Below, one piece after another: positions 1 through 12,521 of a stretch of 64,000 nt of DNA (position 1 is its first letter; every line of letters starts with the position of its first letter). The DNA is from Gnetum montanum. Lineage: Eukaryota; Plantae; Gnetophyta. A program made the translations under genes and the position numbers. Location: NCBI GenBank assembly GCA_015680685.1, contig MNCI01000310.1, forward strand, positions 407,067 to 471,066, written 5' to 3'. The notes beneath the pieces are model-generated. The model worked only from the letters and a program-made list of their open reading frames with translations. It searched no databases and was not told the DNA's origin.

Positions 1-555
1 CGATAATAAAGGTGAACTTTATGATAAACCTTGCAGCATCAAAAATAGATTAATTAGCATTAATTAATGTTATTAAATTCTTTCTTAGTTAATTAATGAT
101 CCTCTCTCATCCTACAACTCTCCTAAGTGAGCACACACAATACGATCACTTCAAGCATGCATGTAACACTTGGTAACCCAGTAATGATTAGCGTTTGGTA
201 ATCCCAGTAGTGTTGCACTAGTTCAGGATGTGTACGGCAAGTGAGAATGGATACTAGTGTTAGGATCAATTAGAGCCTAGTTAATGAGTAGTTAAGTTAA
301 ATTAGTCACTTATTTATCTCTCTCCTTCCATATTAGCACAAGACATAAGAACATAATAGATATAAAAATCATATGCCTCAAGATTACCTAAACATACAAT
401 CATGACATACAAGTAAGTTTGGAAAGACAATGATTAACCAACCTGTCCTTGTCCCACAAAGGCGCATAAGCAATTAGTCTTTGGAATTCAACCAGATCGT
501 GCATGAAACACTCGTATTCGTATGGTTGAGCGTAGGGGTACCTCGCCGCTCATCA
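1..555 (+). mobile_element. 3' part of an LTR from a family related to element A, opposite orientation; left end outside the window
   Basis: Ends ...CCGCTCATCA at 555. 495-555 (GATCGTGCATGAAACACTCGTATTCGTATGGTTGAGCG...CGCCGCTCATCA) aligns with the reverse complement of 6770-6830. 195-255 aligns with the reverse complement of ~7060-7125. No PBS follows. CpGs are retained. Confidence 0.6.
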
Positions 556-989
556 GCCTATTTTTATAATATCTCTATGTTCATTATACATCCAATCTTG
601 CAACTCATTAATGAAGATACCAAAGAGAGCTAGAGATAAGGGATAGACTTTCTTTATCCTAATTTTTCTTGAAAATTTAAAATCATTTTTTGATTTACTA
701 TGTTTAAACTCAATGTTAACTTCATCACATAAATTTTAGGTCATTGCTATGAGTTTTTCAAGAAGACCTATATTAGTTAGTTGTAACCATAATTTTTTGT
801 AACTTACTAAATCTTAGGCTTGTGCATAATCTGTAAAGAAAATAAATAATTTTTTGTTCGGCGCTTTTGCAAGTTCAATGTAGTGTCTAAGAGTGATAAG
901 TGTTGGAATTTTGGAAATGAATCATGTAAAGAAAATTTTTGAATTTTGTTGAAATTTGATGAAAATAATTAAAATTTAATTTTACAAGT

Positions 990-1340
990 TGTGGTGCTTC
1001 ACAACTAGCTAATCACAAGTCATGGTCTTTAAGAAAAATTATGAAATTTTGATACTAGGAATATCACAAGGATACCATGAGTCGTGGTTTAATATAATGG
1101 CTAGGAAATTTAAAGTCTTTATTACTACACGTTGTGGTATGTTAGTCATGGATTATGATAAATTTACATAATTAACATTTGTTCCAAAAGGTTATGATAA
1201 GTTATTGTTGATCATTTGTAGCAACCACGAGTTGATCACAAATCATGGTCTATGAAATTTTTGCAATACCATGAGTCATGATAAACATGTAGTTTGCAAA
1301 CCTACAATACCATGACCTAAGCACAAGTCATGGTTAATAT
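990..1340. repeat. Cluster of degenerate palindromic motifs ACCA(C/T)(G/A)AGTC(G/A)TG
   Basis: Repeated ACCATGAGTCGTGG / ACAAGTCATGG / ACCATGAGTCATG. These are consistent with CpG-deaminated CACGA(G/C)TCGTG. The same motif cluster recurs at 4120-4670. Confidence 0.7.
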
Positions 1341-1599
1341 GAAAATCTTGAATATCTAAAGATTTTGAAATTAGATTTGAACAAAACTTGATTTGTTGGA
1401 GCATGGAGAAATTTCTTTTACATTTTTAGCTTCTAGTAAAAGAGTTGAATATGTTATGTTGCTAATGTTATTTGATCTATTTGTTCTTATTTCAAAATTA
1501 TTATCTAACATTTGTTCTTGTGGGTGATCCCTTTGAATCCATAGCTTTTGGATTGTATTAAAATTTTGACCTTTTATTTGAAATTTGGAAATATTTCAT

Positions 1600-4130
1600 G
1601 CCAAATTATTTTCCATGAATATAACATATCTAGATGAGTATAATTTTTCTTTATAGATCATAGCAAGTGCATTTACTTATTTTAGTATTACAACCTTGAA
1701 AAATGCATTTCTTTCTTCTATTTTCTAGTTTATCTATGAATTATTTTGAACTCTTGACATAATAGTGACATCCAAATGTTCTCATGTGCTTTATATTTGG
1801 AAGTTTGTTGTAGATGAGATTGCATGAAGACCTATCTTTGTTGTTGGTACTAATTATCTTATTAGTGATATAGGTTACTATTATCATATCCATGATCCAA
1901 AATTTATTAAAGAATGGAACATTTTTTAAAATACATCTTATAATGTCTTATAAGATTTTGTTCTTTCTTTCTATAATGCCATTTAATTGTGGACTATATT
2001 GATATGTAATCTAAGGAAAAATGTCTTGATTTGTATGAAATATTTGAATTCTTAATTGATAAATTTTTTTTCTCTATATGATCTAATGGCTTTGATTGGT
2101 ACATCCATAGTATTTTTTATGATAGTGTAGAATTTCTTGAATTAGATTATTGCCTTAGTCTTTTTTTTCATTTTGTAAGTCCAAGTATATCTTAAATAAT
2201 CATGTACCATGACAAGAGTATAATTAGATCCTCCTATTGATATGATAGACATAGGTCTGATGAGATCCATTTGAAGAAGATCAAGAAAGCCATCTTTTCT
2301 TTACATAGTTGCAGTATGGAGACCATTGGTTTGCTTTCCTAAATGCAAATTTTACATTTTTCTTTGGGGGTATCTTTGGTTTGAATTTCTATTGCTTTCT
2401 TGAACTTTATCATCTTCCCTAGCTTATTATATGAGGTTTTTCCCAATATTCTATGTGGAATTTTAACTTCTTTGTCATTTCTTGTTTGATACTTACATGT
2501 GCTTTAATATGGGTTTGTATGTGTTTTTCTTTCTAAAGTAGTAATCTAAATCATGGTTTGATTATTTTCATTGACAATGTTATCTCTTAAATCAAAGTAA
2601 TAAAAATCTATACAATGTATTCTATTTCTATAGGTTTTATTCTAATGATTTCTTCTTTGTTTTTCTTTCTAATGATGCATAAATCATTTTTAAGTTGATT
2701 TTTATTACTTTCTTAGTTATTTTTGTTGATGAGATAAGAAGCATTGAGAGATTTAATACATAGAAGACATCTATGATGACTATAATGTTTTTGTTTGGTA
2801 ATTTAAAAATGCAATTTCTAACTCCTTATATAATAATGAAGTGTTAGCCTAGTGGTAAGGATCTTAGCCTAGCAACCTTAAGTCACAAGTTAAATTCTAC
2901 TAGGTAGTACTAAGTTATAAGAAAATTCTATAAAAGGAATTATAAAATTGGTTTGATAGATCCAAAGAGTCTCAATGGACATAAGAAAAAATTTTAGTTT
3001 TAGTCTCATATTGAGGTGGTTAACATCTTTTATTTTTATGCTACGAATTCTCCTTAGTACGTATTAAGGAAGATGAGACTTGTATGATGTCATTTGATTA
3101 GAGAAACTACTATCTATAATCCAAGAATCTTACTTTATTATATTGGTGGAATTGAGAGATGTAATCTTATCTTGGTTTTCTCATTAATTTGAGATTGAGG
3201 TTATTGCTTCTTCTTAATTCTTGTCTTGGAGTTGAAGAGCATCAAGTTCAACTTTGTACCAACATGCTTTTATGATGTGGCCTGTTCTATTATAAATTTT
3301 ACATGAAGGAATGGAATATAACATTTGTGCATTTCATTATTCTTGAGAATTCCATCTTCCTCTCATGAATCCTTTACCTCTATTATCTGTTTGTGGGATT
3401 TCTAACATGTCTAAATTTCTTTAGTCTTGTGTATAGTTTCTCTTGAATCTTTCTCTTCTTCTACTAGCTATGAAAAATTACTTTTTATAATTTTTATCTA
3501 TTCTCAAACTTTTTAGTATTCCTATCTAGGAAACTAAATTATTAATGGTGAGTTGTTTGAATTCTTTATTTTGTAGAAAATTCATTATCATGTTTTGATA
3601 TTTGGAATCATTGTATAGTGTTATAACCACTTTTTGTACTTTTTGATGTTGTATGAAGCCACATCAAAATTTATCAATGTTTTTTATGTTATACATTTTT
3701 ACAAAGAAGTCTTCAATGTCTTCATTGCTATTAATCTTTAATTTATTAAATTAAATTATTTACAAAATTTCTTATGTGAATTTTTGATGCTGCTTGGGTA
3801 ATTTAAGCATAATCTTTTTCATACCTCTTTGTTTAGTTTTCAAGAAGCATAATCTTCAAGTTATCTTTTCTAATACATTGAAAATAATGATCATTCTTAC
3901 ATGAGAATCTTTTATTTCTCACTTTTCTTCTTCTAGTAGTTTTCAAATTAGAGGGTCTTCTTTGTTTTCCCATTTTGAAGTGATTTTGATATATGTTTCT
4001 ACAAGTACTACTGCTTCCTATACTTCATTTGCTTTACGGAGTCCTTTCATCATTTATTTCTAAAGAATAAAATCTCAGGTCTCATGTAATATAATGGGGG
4101 ATTTCGCTATTTCTTTGTTATAGCTCATGG
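1600..4130 (-). pseudogene. Degenerate Ty1/copia (SIRE-like) gag-protease-integrase region; RT/RNase H not seen
   Basis: Manual minus-strand translation gives, in copia order: gag (LKINSNEDIEDFFVKM ~3740), zinc knuckle (CKIYNRTGHIIKAC ~3260-3305), protease (SWIIDSSFSNQMT ~3085-3125; DVFYVLNLSMLLIS ~2730-2775), GAG-pre-integrase (CKICI*GKQT-like ~2330-2360), rve core (LDLLQMDLIRP...YTW...SPQLNGIIERKNKIL ~1950-2290) and SH3 (HMRTFGCHYYV...KLENRRKKCIFQG ~1690-1790). Many stops and frameshifts. Confidence 0.8.
2838..3040 (+). mobile_element. Putative tRNA-derived SINE inserted in the copia protease
   Basis: A-box-like TAGCCTAGTGGTAAGG at ~2846, a degenerate B box (AAGTTAAATTC) at ~2887 and a T-rich end. 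The ~200 bp splits the copia protease into two halves. No clear TSD. Confidence 0.45.
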
Positions 4131-4670
4131 TGACTAGGCCATGATACTAATTTTGTTAGATGATTGTATGAAATTTTATGGCTAATATGTTCAGGATCTA
4201 TTCAAATTACAAGTCATGGTCTTGGATACCACAAGTCATGATATTATAGCACAAGTCATGGTTTAATTGAAAATAGAGATTAATATTTTTTATGGATACC
4301 ACAACTTCACCATGAGTTATGGTTACTATTCAACAATGTTACCATGAGTACCTTATTTGGATGTTCACCATGAATGAATTACTAGTCATGGTCACTACAC
4401 CATGAAATCACCACAAGTCATGATGAAATTTTATTAAGAGATTATGAATCATGAAGTGGTCATGAGTCATGATTGATAGCTTTATATCAACCATAAGAAT
4501 ACTATGAGTCATGCTTAATACCATGGCCTAACCATGAATTGTAATATTCTACCATTAGGTGATCACAAGTCATGATCTGAAGAAAAATAATATTAGCACT
4601 ACCATGAGTCATGTTGGACTCATGATTTGGAAACCTGTAATACTATGACTTAATCATAAGTCATGATCAA
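4120..4670. repeat. Second cluster of ACCATGAGTCATG-type palindromic motifs
   Basis: More than 12 copies of ACAAGTCATG / CCATGAGTCATG variants, lying on the other side of the copia coding remnant. Confidence 0.7.
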
Positions 4671-5319
4671 ACTATTTTTTGTAGATTTATTAACTTTGGA
4701 TGATCCAAATAAGTTAAAATTTATGTTTGTAGGTTCACTATGAAATGATCTACTATCTGAAATAAAGATCTTTAAATTTATTCGTTTGGTAGAAATGGTA
4801 GATTGAATCAAACTAATAGATGAATTTAATGGTGGAAATCCAAAGGAAAATTAAAATTAAAGTGCAATACTAAGAATACTAAGTTTAATTTAGAATGTGT
4901 TAGGTCTAAATGATGGATAGAAGAGAAGATTATTAGAAAGGTTGAGTTGAATTGATGACATAAAACTAAAAACTAGTTTGGTAGTAATAAAAACTGATGA
5001 TGGTATGAGAAAGAATTATAGAATATAAATAGTTGCAAAAACAAGATAATTCTTGTAAGAAATTCATATGAAGAGCTTTATTACTAAAAACCAAATCATT
5101 ACAACCAAGTATGATCATAAAACTTATAAAAAATGATTGAGGCCATACTTAGGAGACTTAGAGAGTTACTTTCCATTAAAATAAAATAAAATAAAGTTGA
5201 GTTGGGACAAAAAAACTAGTTACATCTGTCCATCAACTCAAGAAAAATAGAAAAAATTTTAACTTCAAAATTTCTATCTTCATTCCCATAATGGCATTAT
5301 ACAGTAATGCTAACATAGC

Positions 5320-5805
5320 TAGAACAAGCTTCCTTTGGTGTCTTATTCCAAACTTGCTTTGTAGTACTTATATTAAATAAATAATTTACAATAGCATATG
5401 CATCAACCCATAAATTGTTAGGAAGTTTTTTTTATCTTTTAGCATACTATGACTCATTTCTACAATGATGTAATCTTTTTTTTTTCTATCGCATTATTTT
5501 GTTGTTAGGGATTTGTAAGCTATCTTTTAATGTCATGATAACCACAAAATTTTAATAAATACTCTCCTTTTGTATTTGAATTTAGACACTCTCCTCACTA
5601 TTTGAATGTAGACATTTAGTGTTATAGCCACTTTCATTTTCTACATGTACCTTAAATTGCTTAAAACATTCTATTACTTTTGATTTGTTTTTTGTATAAT
5701 AAATCCAAGTATGCCTTGAAAAATCATCAAAAATATGATAAAATACCAATTTTCGCCCATGGATAATGTTTTTCTCTTACCACATATGTCTTAATATTAT
5801 CAAAG
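5320..5805 (-). pseudogene. Second Ty1/copia integrase core fragment
   Basis: DICGKRKTLSMGENWYFIIF/DDFSRHTWIYYTKNKSKVIECFKQFKVHVENESG...LWVDAYAIVNYLFNISTTKQVWNKTPKEA, with frameshifts. Confidence 0.8.
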
Positions 5806-6769
5806 CTAGTAGTGGAAGCTAATTTTTTTTACATCTTTTATATGTTTAAACAACATGAAATATGAATGAAATACTTGAATTACACTGAAATATGATGAAT
5901 AAAAATGATATGTTTGAAATAGGGATGAAATGCTAAAAAAATTGAAACTATGATATCCTTGATATAATGATATAAAATAAAATATGAAATAGCTCATATA
6001 GATAATAAACTATGATGAGAGAGAGTAATTCATTCAATATCCAAATATGAAGCACAAAATAATGATAAAAATGAGAGAGATACAATAATGATAAAGTGGA
6101 GGAAAAGCATATAAATTGCCTCATGAGGGGGTGGTTAATGATTACTATTCATGTTGCTCCATTTAATGAAAGAGTTTCCCACATTCTCTCAATATGCTTA
6201 GAGGTACAATATAATGGGGCACATACTTAGATTGAAAATAATAAAATGGAGATTTGGAGGTGGAGGTGCTAAACAATAGCACCCACCTCTTAGGAAAATC
6301 ACTTCTCTCTTGACTCTTTCTTCTTCTCAACAAAATGCTTTCTTGGATATCTTCTACCTCTACATAATGCATAACATCCACCCCCTTATATAGCCTTATG
6401 AAGTTGGTTAACTTAACCTAAGTTAGGATAAGTAGCCTAGGTTAGGCCTAGGTAAGGTTAGGGTTAGGAGAGAATAGGTGACTTACACAAATCCACTAAT
6501 TTATGCACATGGGTATGCACATAATCTTTTACAAAATTCAATTTTGAAAAAGAAAAACTCCTAACCACATAGACCTACATGAATACACAAGGTACATGAC
6601 TTATGGACTTTAATATACAAGATAAGTAGAGATGCATTAAAATCCTATATCATCATCAAATGTTCTTTTTTTTCTGGCATCCAATTCATGATCTTCATTT
6701 CTGTTACTTGCATCTCCATTAATATCAATCTTTTGATATTGTAGATAACATGAAATACAGAAGCACCCT

Positions 6770-7661
6770 TGATGAGTGGTGGAGTAAACCAACATCCAAC
6801 CATACAAGTCATAGGTATTCATGCGTGACTATATTGTAATATGTGGATGAGGAAATGTGAATATGCTAGTAATTGGTTTAAGTTTAATATTGTTGTTTTC
6901 CCATGTGGAGCTAGTGTAGTCTATGTGTATGGTTTAACTCACACTAAGGTATATGATATGTTGATGTTGATAGGCCATTTCTTCTAGCAAATATGGTAAA
7001 GTGAAAATAGTTTCTAATGCTAAGAAAAATAATAAATGAATTTATTCTATGATATGGTGATGGATATCCAATCTTGATTCTCTGTACACACCTTGGACTC
7101 ATGTAGTCATCACTAGGATGACCAAGTGTACCAATACTGGGTGTACTAAGTGATAACACTACTGGATTACTAGATAACGACACTTAGTGCTCAAAATCAA
7201 TTGCATCCATATTGCTTACTTTAACACGTTAAATAAAGTTTTTGTAAATTAAATGATTAACTAAGGAAAAGAGGAACAATTAGTCTAAGTAAATAGAAAG
7301 AAAACTAAGTGGATACTACAATGATGATAAGCAATCTCGATCTTTATTGTTGAACATGAACTATGTCCAAGTACAATCCACTTGAATAAAGACTCCATAC
7401 AATCACCTAACATCACATTGCTAGCATACACTTCTAAGTGCTAAAGACTAAATTCATGAAAACAAACTAAAAAATTTTCACTACTATGGAATGAAATATA
7501 TTGTGGATCCATGTGCCTAAGTGCTATATTTATAGGTTGGCATGCATTGCACAATATCACATATACAATGACGTAACTAGTGCTATGATATTAGGGCTAT
7601 GATAGTGAATCTATGATATCTAATATGTGATACCATAGTTGGCAAAAAATTGACTATATCA
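6770..7661 (-). repeat. 3' LTR of element A
   Basis: Collinear with 51628-52529; runs TGATGAG...ATATCA; adjacent PPT-like TACCCCATGACTAAC at 7662-7676. Confidence 0.9.
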
Positions 7662-7699
7662 TACCCCATGACTAACTGAAAACTCATCCTCAAGTTAAA

Positions 7700-8949
7700 A
7701 CAAAATGTGGAGAGAGTATCTTACAAAATTGGGATGTAGGTTTACATGACACTAAATGCTACAGTGGTGTTTACAAGATTGACATATGAAATGATAAGAC
7801 AAATTTGACAATAATAAAACTTTATGAAGCTCAATGTAGCCTATGTAGTTCCTAGTGGTGGTGGCTCTTCCATCAATTGATTTCCCTTATCATCAGGTTT
7901 ATAGAATTTTTATTTATTTAGGAGTGCTTGAAGTTTCTCCTCTATTTTATGATCATGCACTATCCATACTTGTTGTATAATGTGTGATAAAGTTGGTACA
8001 TCCCATGGAAATGGTAGTTACAAAAACATCTAACTGGATTTAACGTACCATGACACAAACTCTCTTCTCTCTTCTTCAAGTGCTTTAGCCTTGGCTCGTA
8101 ACTCCTAATAATCAAACAACTTGCTGCAATACCTTTTTGCCCTTGATATCCAACCTTATCTACTTCTAGTTTAGATTTTATCACCTAAATTTTTTGTAGA
8201 GTGTATTTTCAATTCGTAAGCTATCTTTTGTACAATGCGTATGTGGTTGCCAGTTGCTATTCAAGTTTATTTCGGGGCCTACCTACTACAACATGGCCAA
8301 GTTAGCATAAAAAATGTTTGCTAACCCCATGTATTCTTTTAGATCTTCTAGTTGCAGGTCTTTATTTTTAATTTCTGCTTGGTGGACATGAGCATAACTA
8401 TCCAAGATGAGTTGCTAGTCTAGATTTTATGCTGATATGGAATTGATCTAGGCTTTCATCATTTGGATCTCCTTCTCATTGATTTGTTTGTACATATCCA
8501 CCTAATCATGGAAGTGTTCCTTGAGCCTTTCGTGCCTCTTAGCTTTATTTTACCACATGCTAATTTCAATGGTTAATTTCTATCTAATTGCACATACCTC
8601 CTCCATTGAGAGGATTCTATTTTCTCTTACTAAGTAGCTCATATCCTGGTTGACTCTCATAAGTAGTTCTCTCAATTGATGGATGCTTTCTTCAAGAATG
8701 TTCTTTTACTTTTCTATAGCAATCAACCTAGTGTTATCTATAGTGAGTTGTTTATTTTCTTCTTGTGCTACGGTGAATGCCTTAGCATGTGCATATGTCT
8801 ACACTTTTGCTACAAAGACATTCCACACCACTTTCTCCTTCTGGTTTTTCATCTGCTTGTTTTGCTCTATCAAGTGATTCATTTGTTTTGTTCTAAATTA
8901 CTCTAGCTGGTCAGGCGTAACATATTGAGTTGGATCTTTGCGTTCAGCC
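7700..8949 (-). pseudogene. C-terminal (coiled-coil-like) half of the extra ORF of element A
   Basis: After removing B and one TSD copy, the frame reads ...EELTTL-R-AERKDPTQYV... across the junction. E/K/Q/L-rich, with in-frame stops. The lower boundary is approximate. Confidence 0.6.
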
Positions 8950-8954
8950 CTCAA

Positions 8955-9530
8955 TGTGACATCCCATCCTTGGATGTCATGGAAAATAGCAAATATACAT
9001 TATATTAGAAATTATGCATAATAAGACAATATACCAAATGTCAAATATATGTAACATTCGACATTATGCATAAAAGAAATAATAAAGAGAGTTTAGAAAG
9101 AGAAAAAAAAAAGAATGCTTTATTAATATGGAATAGAGTATTTGGATCATCCTCTAAGAGTGTTCCTTGGTGTTTTTTTTCCTTCGACATCTATCCCTTA
9201 GGGGCAATACAACACTACCACCATAGTTAGGCCTACAACTAACTAGAAGTGATGGCTAGTCCACTTCCTATTCTACTTTACCTAACTCCTGGGACTTGCT
9301 TATACTAGCTCCATCACTCCATGCTAGCATGACCTTTGAGCCTAAGTATAAATTCTTTAGGTCAAAACCCCAAAGGTTTCTTTAAAAGACATGTCTGTTA
9401 TTACAATGTGCCCTTTTAGGTCTCAATTACAACTACCCTTTTGGGTCTTGTTACAATGACAATACCACTTGTTATGAAAAGGCATCATGTTCATTATGTT
9501 GTAGCATCATTTGGAAATGGGAATGTGACA
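8955..9530 (-). repeat. 3' LTR of element B (576 bp)
   Basis: Terminal inverted repeats; collinear with 24953-25300 and 44064-44267. Confidence 0.88.
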
Positions 9531-9546
9531 ACCTACACCCCTTAGG
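9531..9546 (-). other. Polypurine tract of element B
   Basis: Minus strand reads TCGAGGACAAAAAAACCTAAGGGGTGTAGGT immediately before the LTR TG. Confidence 0.75.
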
Positions 9547-9939
9547 TTTTTTTGTCCTCGAATGAGTCTACGTTCACTATCTTTTTTCAACTCTAATGCT
9601 TCTATTATGCTTTCATGCTCTAATAATTTGATTTCTCCTTTGAGCTTGAAGTTGTTTCTTGCTTATTCTATAAACAAAATATATGTGAGAAGAATGTATG
9701 AAAAATTAAATATCAATTTCCTTATACTTATCTCATTTACTAAGATAATGTTAAGAGTTAAATTAAATATCTACCAACCATCAATTACTAGCCTGAACCA
9801 GGGTCACATAAAGTGCAACTCATATTTGGTTACCCAAGTGAAGATAGGGAAAATATTTATTCTCAACTTCCATTATCATAGAAATTTTATTTATCTAATT
9901 AAAATATAAATTATACAATGAAGAAAATAATAATATTTA

Positions 9940-11160
9940 TCAAATAAAGTAAGGATGTGATACTTCATGTTCTTGATCAACCTTATGAATTGATGGAATT
10001 AACTGTAATTCTTCCATAAGTGGTATATGATTAGATGGTCTTGTTTGGGATGGCAAAGCTTGATCTTGATTCTTCTCAACTTCTTCTTTAGAAATTAGCT
10101 CTATTAATTTGATAACTTGAAAAAATCAAGCATCTTACAAAATATAATATAGGGTCTCAATGCAGATTGTTGTTGATCCATCCTTATTAATCATAGTAGA
10201 GTAATTGGTAAATTGTGATTCTTGATGAGTACTATCCATTAACATCATCTATTCTTGAATTCTAAAATCTGATTTATCTACTAAAGATTCAAAATAAGCA
10301 GAATGTGCACTAGCTAATGGAATTTCATGTTAAAATGATGGAAACATCTTCTTCAAGTTAGGTTCATCTTTGAAATATCCCTTTATACATCCATATTTTA
10401 AAAATTTATAGACACCACTTCCAACTTTCACATTGAAATCTCCACAAAGAATAAATAGAATTGCATCATTATATCTTAGGAATAACTTATTGTTCAAAAT
10501 TTTCTCTATTTTCTTAATCAAGTATGCTCCTTGACATAGTCTAACATCTAAACATGTTGGTTTTGCACTTAAATGTGTGTTAACCATGCATACACATCTT
10601 CTTGACAGATGGACTTTTAGAATCACTGCCAAGGCTATGTGATTTTTCCAAAATCTCGATTGTTTTTTCTTTCCCATCTCTTAAATTTCTAGAATTTTTA
10701 AAATCATATTTTCTAAACTCCATTCAAATCTTTGTACTAATTCAAACTTATCTCCTTTATAAAAGATCATGCAACCATCCATGTTATGATTTCTACAATA
10801 TGCTAATCTATATGGCTCAAAAGAAGAACTTCCATAAGAATCCTTTTGCTTATAAATACCTCTATATCCCATCTTTTCCAAATTTGGTTGGAATTGATAT
10901 AGAAATTCTCATAGCAAGACTTCATGTAGGCATAGAACATTCGCATCCAAATCTTGTAATTCTACTAAAATGTGTGGGTATTGATATTTGTGCCAATCCA
11001 AGGCCCATGATAGACATAATGGATGTTGTTTCTCACTCACTAGGGATCTTGAAAACATGTTGTTTGTTGCATCTTTCATTTTCATTCTTGGATTCACTGC
11101 TTGATCATTACTTTTTATAGGCATCATACACCTTGTCAAAATGAGATTTTGAGTTTCCAT
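9940..11160 (-). pseudogene. CCR4: CCR4-like deadenylase (EEP nuclease domain only), intronless, 6 in-frame stops, no frameshift
   Basis: ORFs 10909-11160, 10681-10881 and 10330-10677 share one frame that continues to TGA at 9940. Motifs in order: CLSWALDW, DANVLCLHEV, GYRGIYKQK, DGCMIFYKGDKFELV, KNHIALAVIL, VNTHL, LCGDFN, GSGVYKFL, HEIPLASAHSAY, MDSTHQESQFTN, ETLYYI, ALPSQTRPSNHIPL. These correspond to plant CCR4a/b motifs CPSWALSW, CLQEV, GDFN, HQLPLVSAY, EPLFTN, TLDYI and SDHIAL. Confidence 0.9.
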
Positions 11161-11788
11161 GTTGCTTTTCTATATGATTTGATTTTAGGATGAATTAATA
11201 TATATATATCTTCTTGACCATTTTGTTCATGAAGTGATACATCGACTGATTTTCCAACTAATTCTAGTAATACTTAGCTATATTATCTAATTTTAGTTAT
11301 ATATATCATCTTATTCTTAACAAACTTTCTACCCCCTTTAAGAACACTAACTTTGATAGTGTAACTAATGACATGCCATAGGGATCTTAAGGCTATCTAC
11401 AAAGGTTAAGCACTAAATTTTAAGGCCCAAAAAGTTAAATTTGTAAAGAAAAAATTATGATATCATCAAATTATCAAGTAAATGGATGATAAATTTGACC
11501 ACACCATTGACCTTAGAAGGGTGAAAAATGTTGGAAATGGCTATTTATATTTTGAAAAATAACATTGTATGCTCATCTTATGCTAAGATTAAGCTTTTGA
11601 GGATCTTAAGGTACTATATCAAGAAAGAGGTGAAATATAATTTATGGGGTTCCCTAGAATAAATCTAACTTCACCATTGTGTTTGGAAGGTTGAAATCTA
11701 TAAGAAATGAAACTTCAGTCATTAAAAAAGGCTTCAGAAATCAAAATTTATGGCTTATGGAGTTCAAAACCTTTGGTATGAAAAGTGA

Positions 11789-11851
11789 GACTTCTTAAGA
11801 GGTCACCCATCCTAGTTATACTCCAAGTTGAGTGTGCTTAATCACAAAATT
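11789..11851 (-). promoter_or_regulatory. 5S rRNA-derived segment (internal control region, box A to box C) inside element B
   Basis: Minus strand GATTAAGCACACTCAACTTGGAGTATAACTAGGATGGGTGACCTCTTAAGAAGTC versus plant 5S AGTTAAGCGTGCTTGGGCGAGAGTAGTACTAGGATGGGTGACCTCCTGGGAAGTC. The 5S 5' end is absent. Confidence 0.8.
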
Positions 11852-12100
11852 TTTATCCACATTGTTACCAAGGTGTAGTAAGGATGATGGCAAAAATGGT
11901 CATGGTGGTGCACTAATGGTGGTATTGGGGGTAGAGCTACAACATTGGGAGTAGATCGATAGGTAGTGATGCATGTTGAAGATAGCCGATAGCGTGCATT
12001 TAAGGTAGGCAATGGCATGGTAGAATGATTTGGTGATGACTTCATTCCCTACTATACTGGTGTTTTTTCCTACCTTGTGTGTGATGAAGGAGGGGATTGG

Positions 12101-12521
12101 NNNNNNNNNNNNNNNNNNNNNNNNNNNNNNNNNNNNNNNNNNNNNNNNNNNNNNNNNNNNNNNNNNNNNNNNNNNNNNNNNNNNNNNNNNNNNNNNNNNN
12201 NNNNNNNNNNNNNNNNNNNNNNNNNNNNNNNNNNNNNNNNNNNNNNNNNNNNNNNNNNNNNNNNNNNNNNNNNNNNNNNNNNNNNNNNNNNNNNNNNNNN
12301 NNNNNNNNNNNNNNNNNNNNNNNNNNNNNNNNNNNNNNNNNNNNNNNNNNNNNNNNNNNNNNNNNNNNNNNNNNNNNNNNNNNNNNNNNNNNNNNNNNNN
12401 NNNNNNNNNNNNNNNNNNNNNNNNNNNNNNNNNNNNNNNNNNNNNNNNNNNNNNNNNNNNNNNNNNNNNNNNNNNNNNNNNNNNNNNNNNNNNNNNNNNN
12501 NNNNNNNNNNNNNNNNNNNNN
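12101..12521. other. Assembly gap (421 N)
   Basis: Run of N. Confidence 1.

Noticed and set aside
2838-2910. Real tRNA gene
   Set aside because: The B box is degenerate and I could not build a cloverleaf.
5810-6769. Possible additional LTR (GAGGGGGTG at ~6125, reverse TATA at ~6385); similarly 53240-54600
   Set aside because: LTR-like composition, but no partner copy, termini or TSD could be established.
9669-9963. Possible intron appending a short C-terminal exon to the CCR4-like ORF
   Set aside because: GT/AG sites exist but the donor is weak, the added peptide is uninformative, and an in-frame stop at 9940 already ends the domain.
8676-10602. Plus-strand ORFs such as 8676-8906, 9562-9909 and 10602-11120 as genes
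   Set aside because: They are antisense shadows of minus-strand coding remnants or AT-rich chance ORFs with no recognisable motifs.
9940-11160. EEP ORF as a LINE (L1/RTE) AP-endonuclease, or as the host CCR4 gene
   Set aside because: Its motifs (CxSWALxW, HxxPLxSA, ExxFTN, LPS..SDHI) and length are CCR4-type and no RT follows. It is intronless, stop-disrupted and enclosed by LTRs, so it is not the host locus.
11789-11851. Functional 5S rRNA gene or Cassandra TRIM
   Set aside because: Only the ICR portion is present. It is single-copy in the window, with no paired short LTRs and no array.
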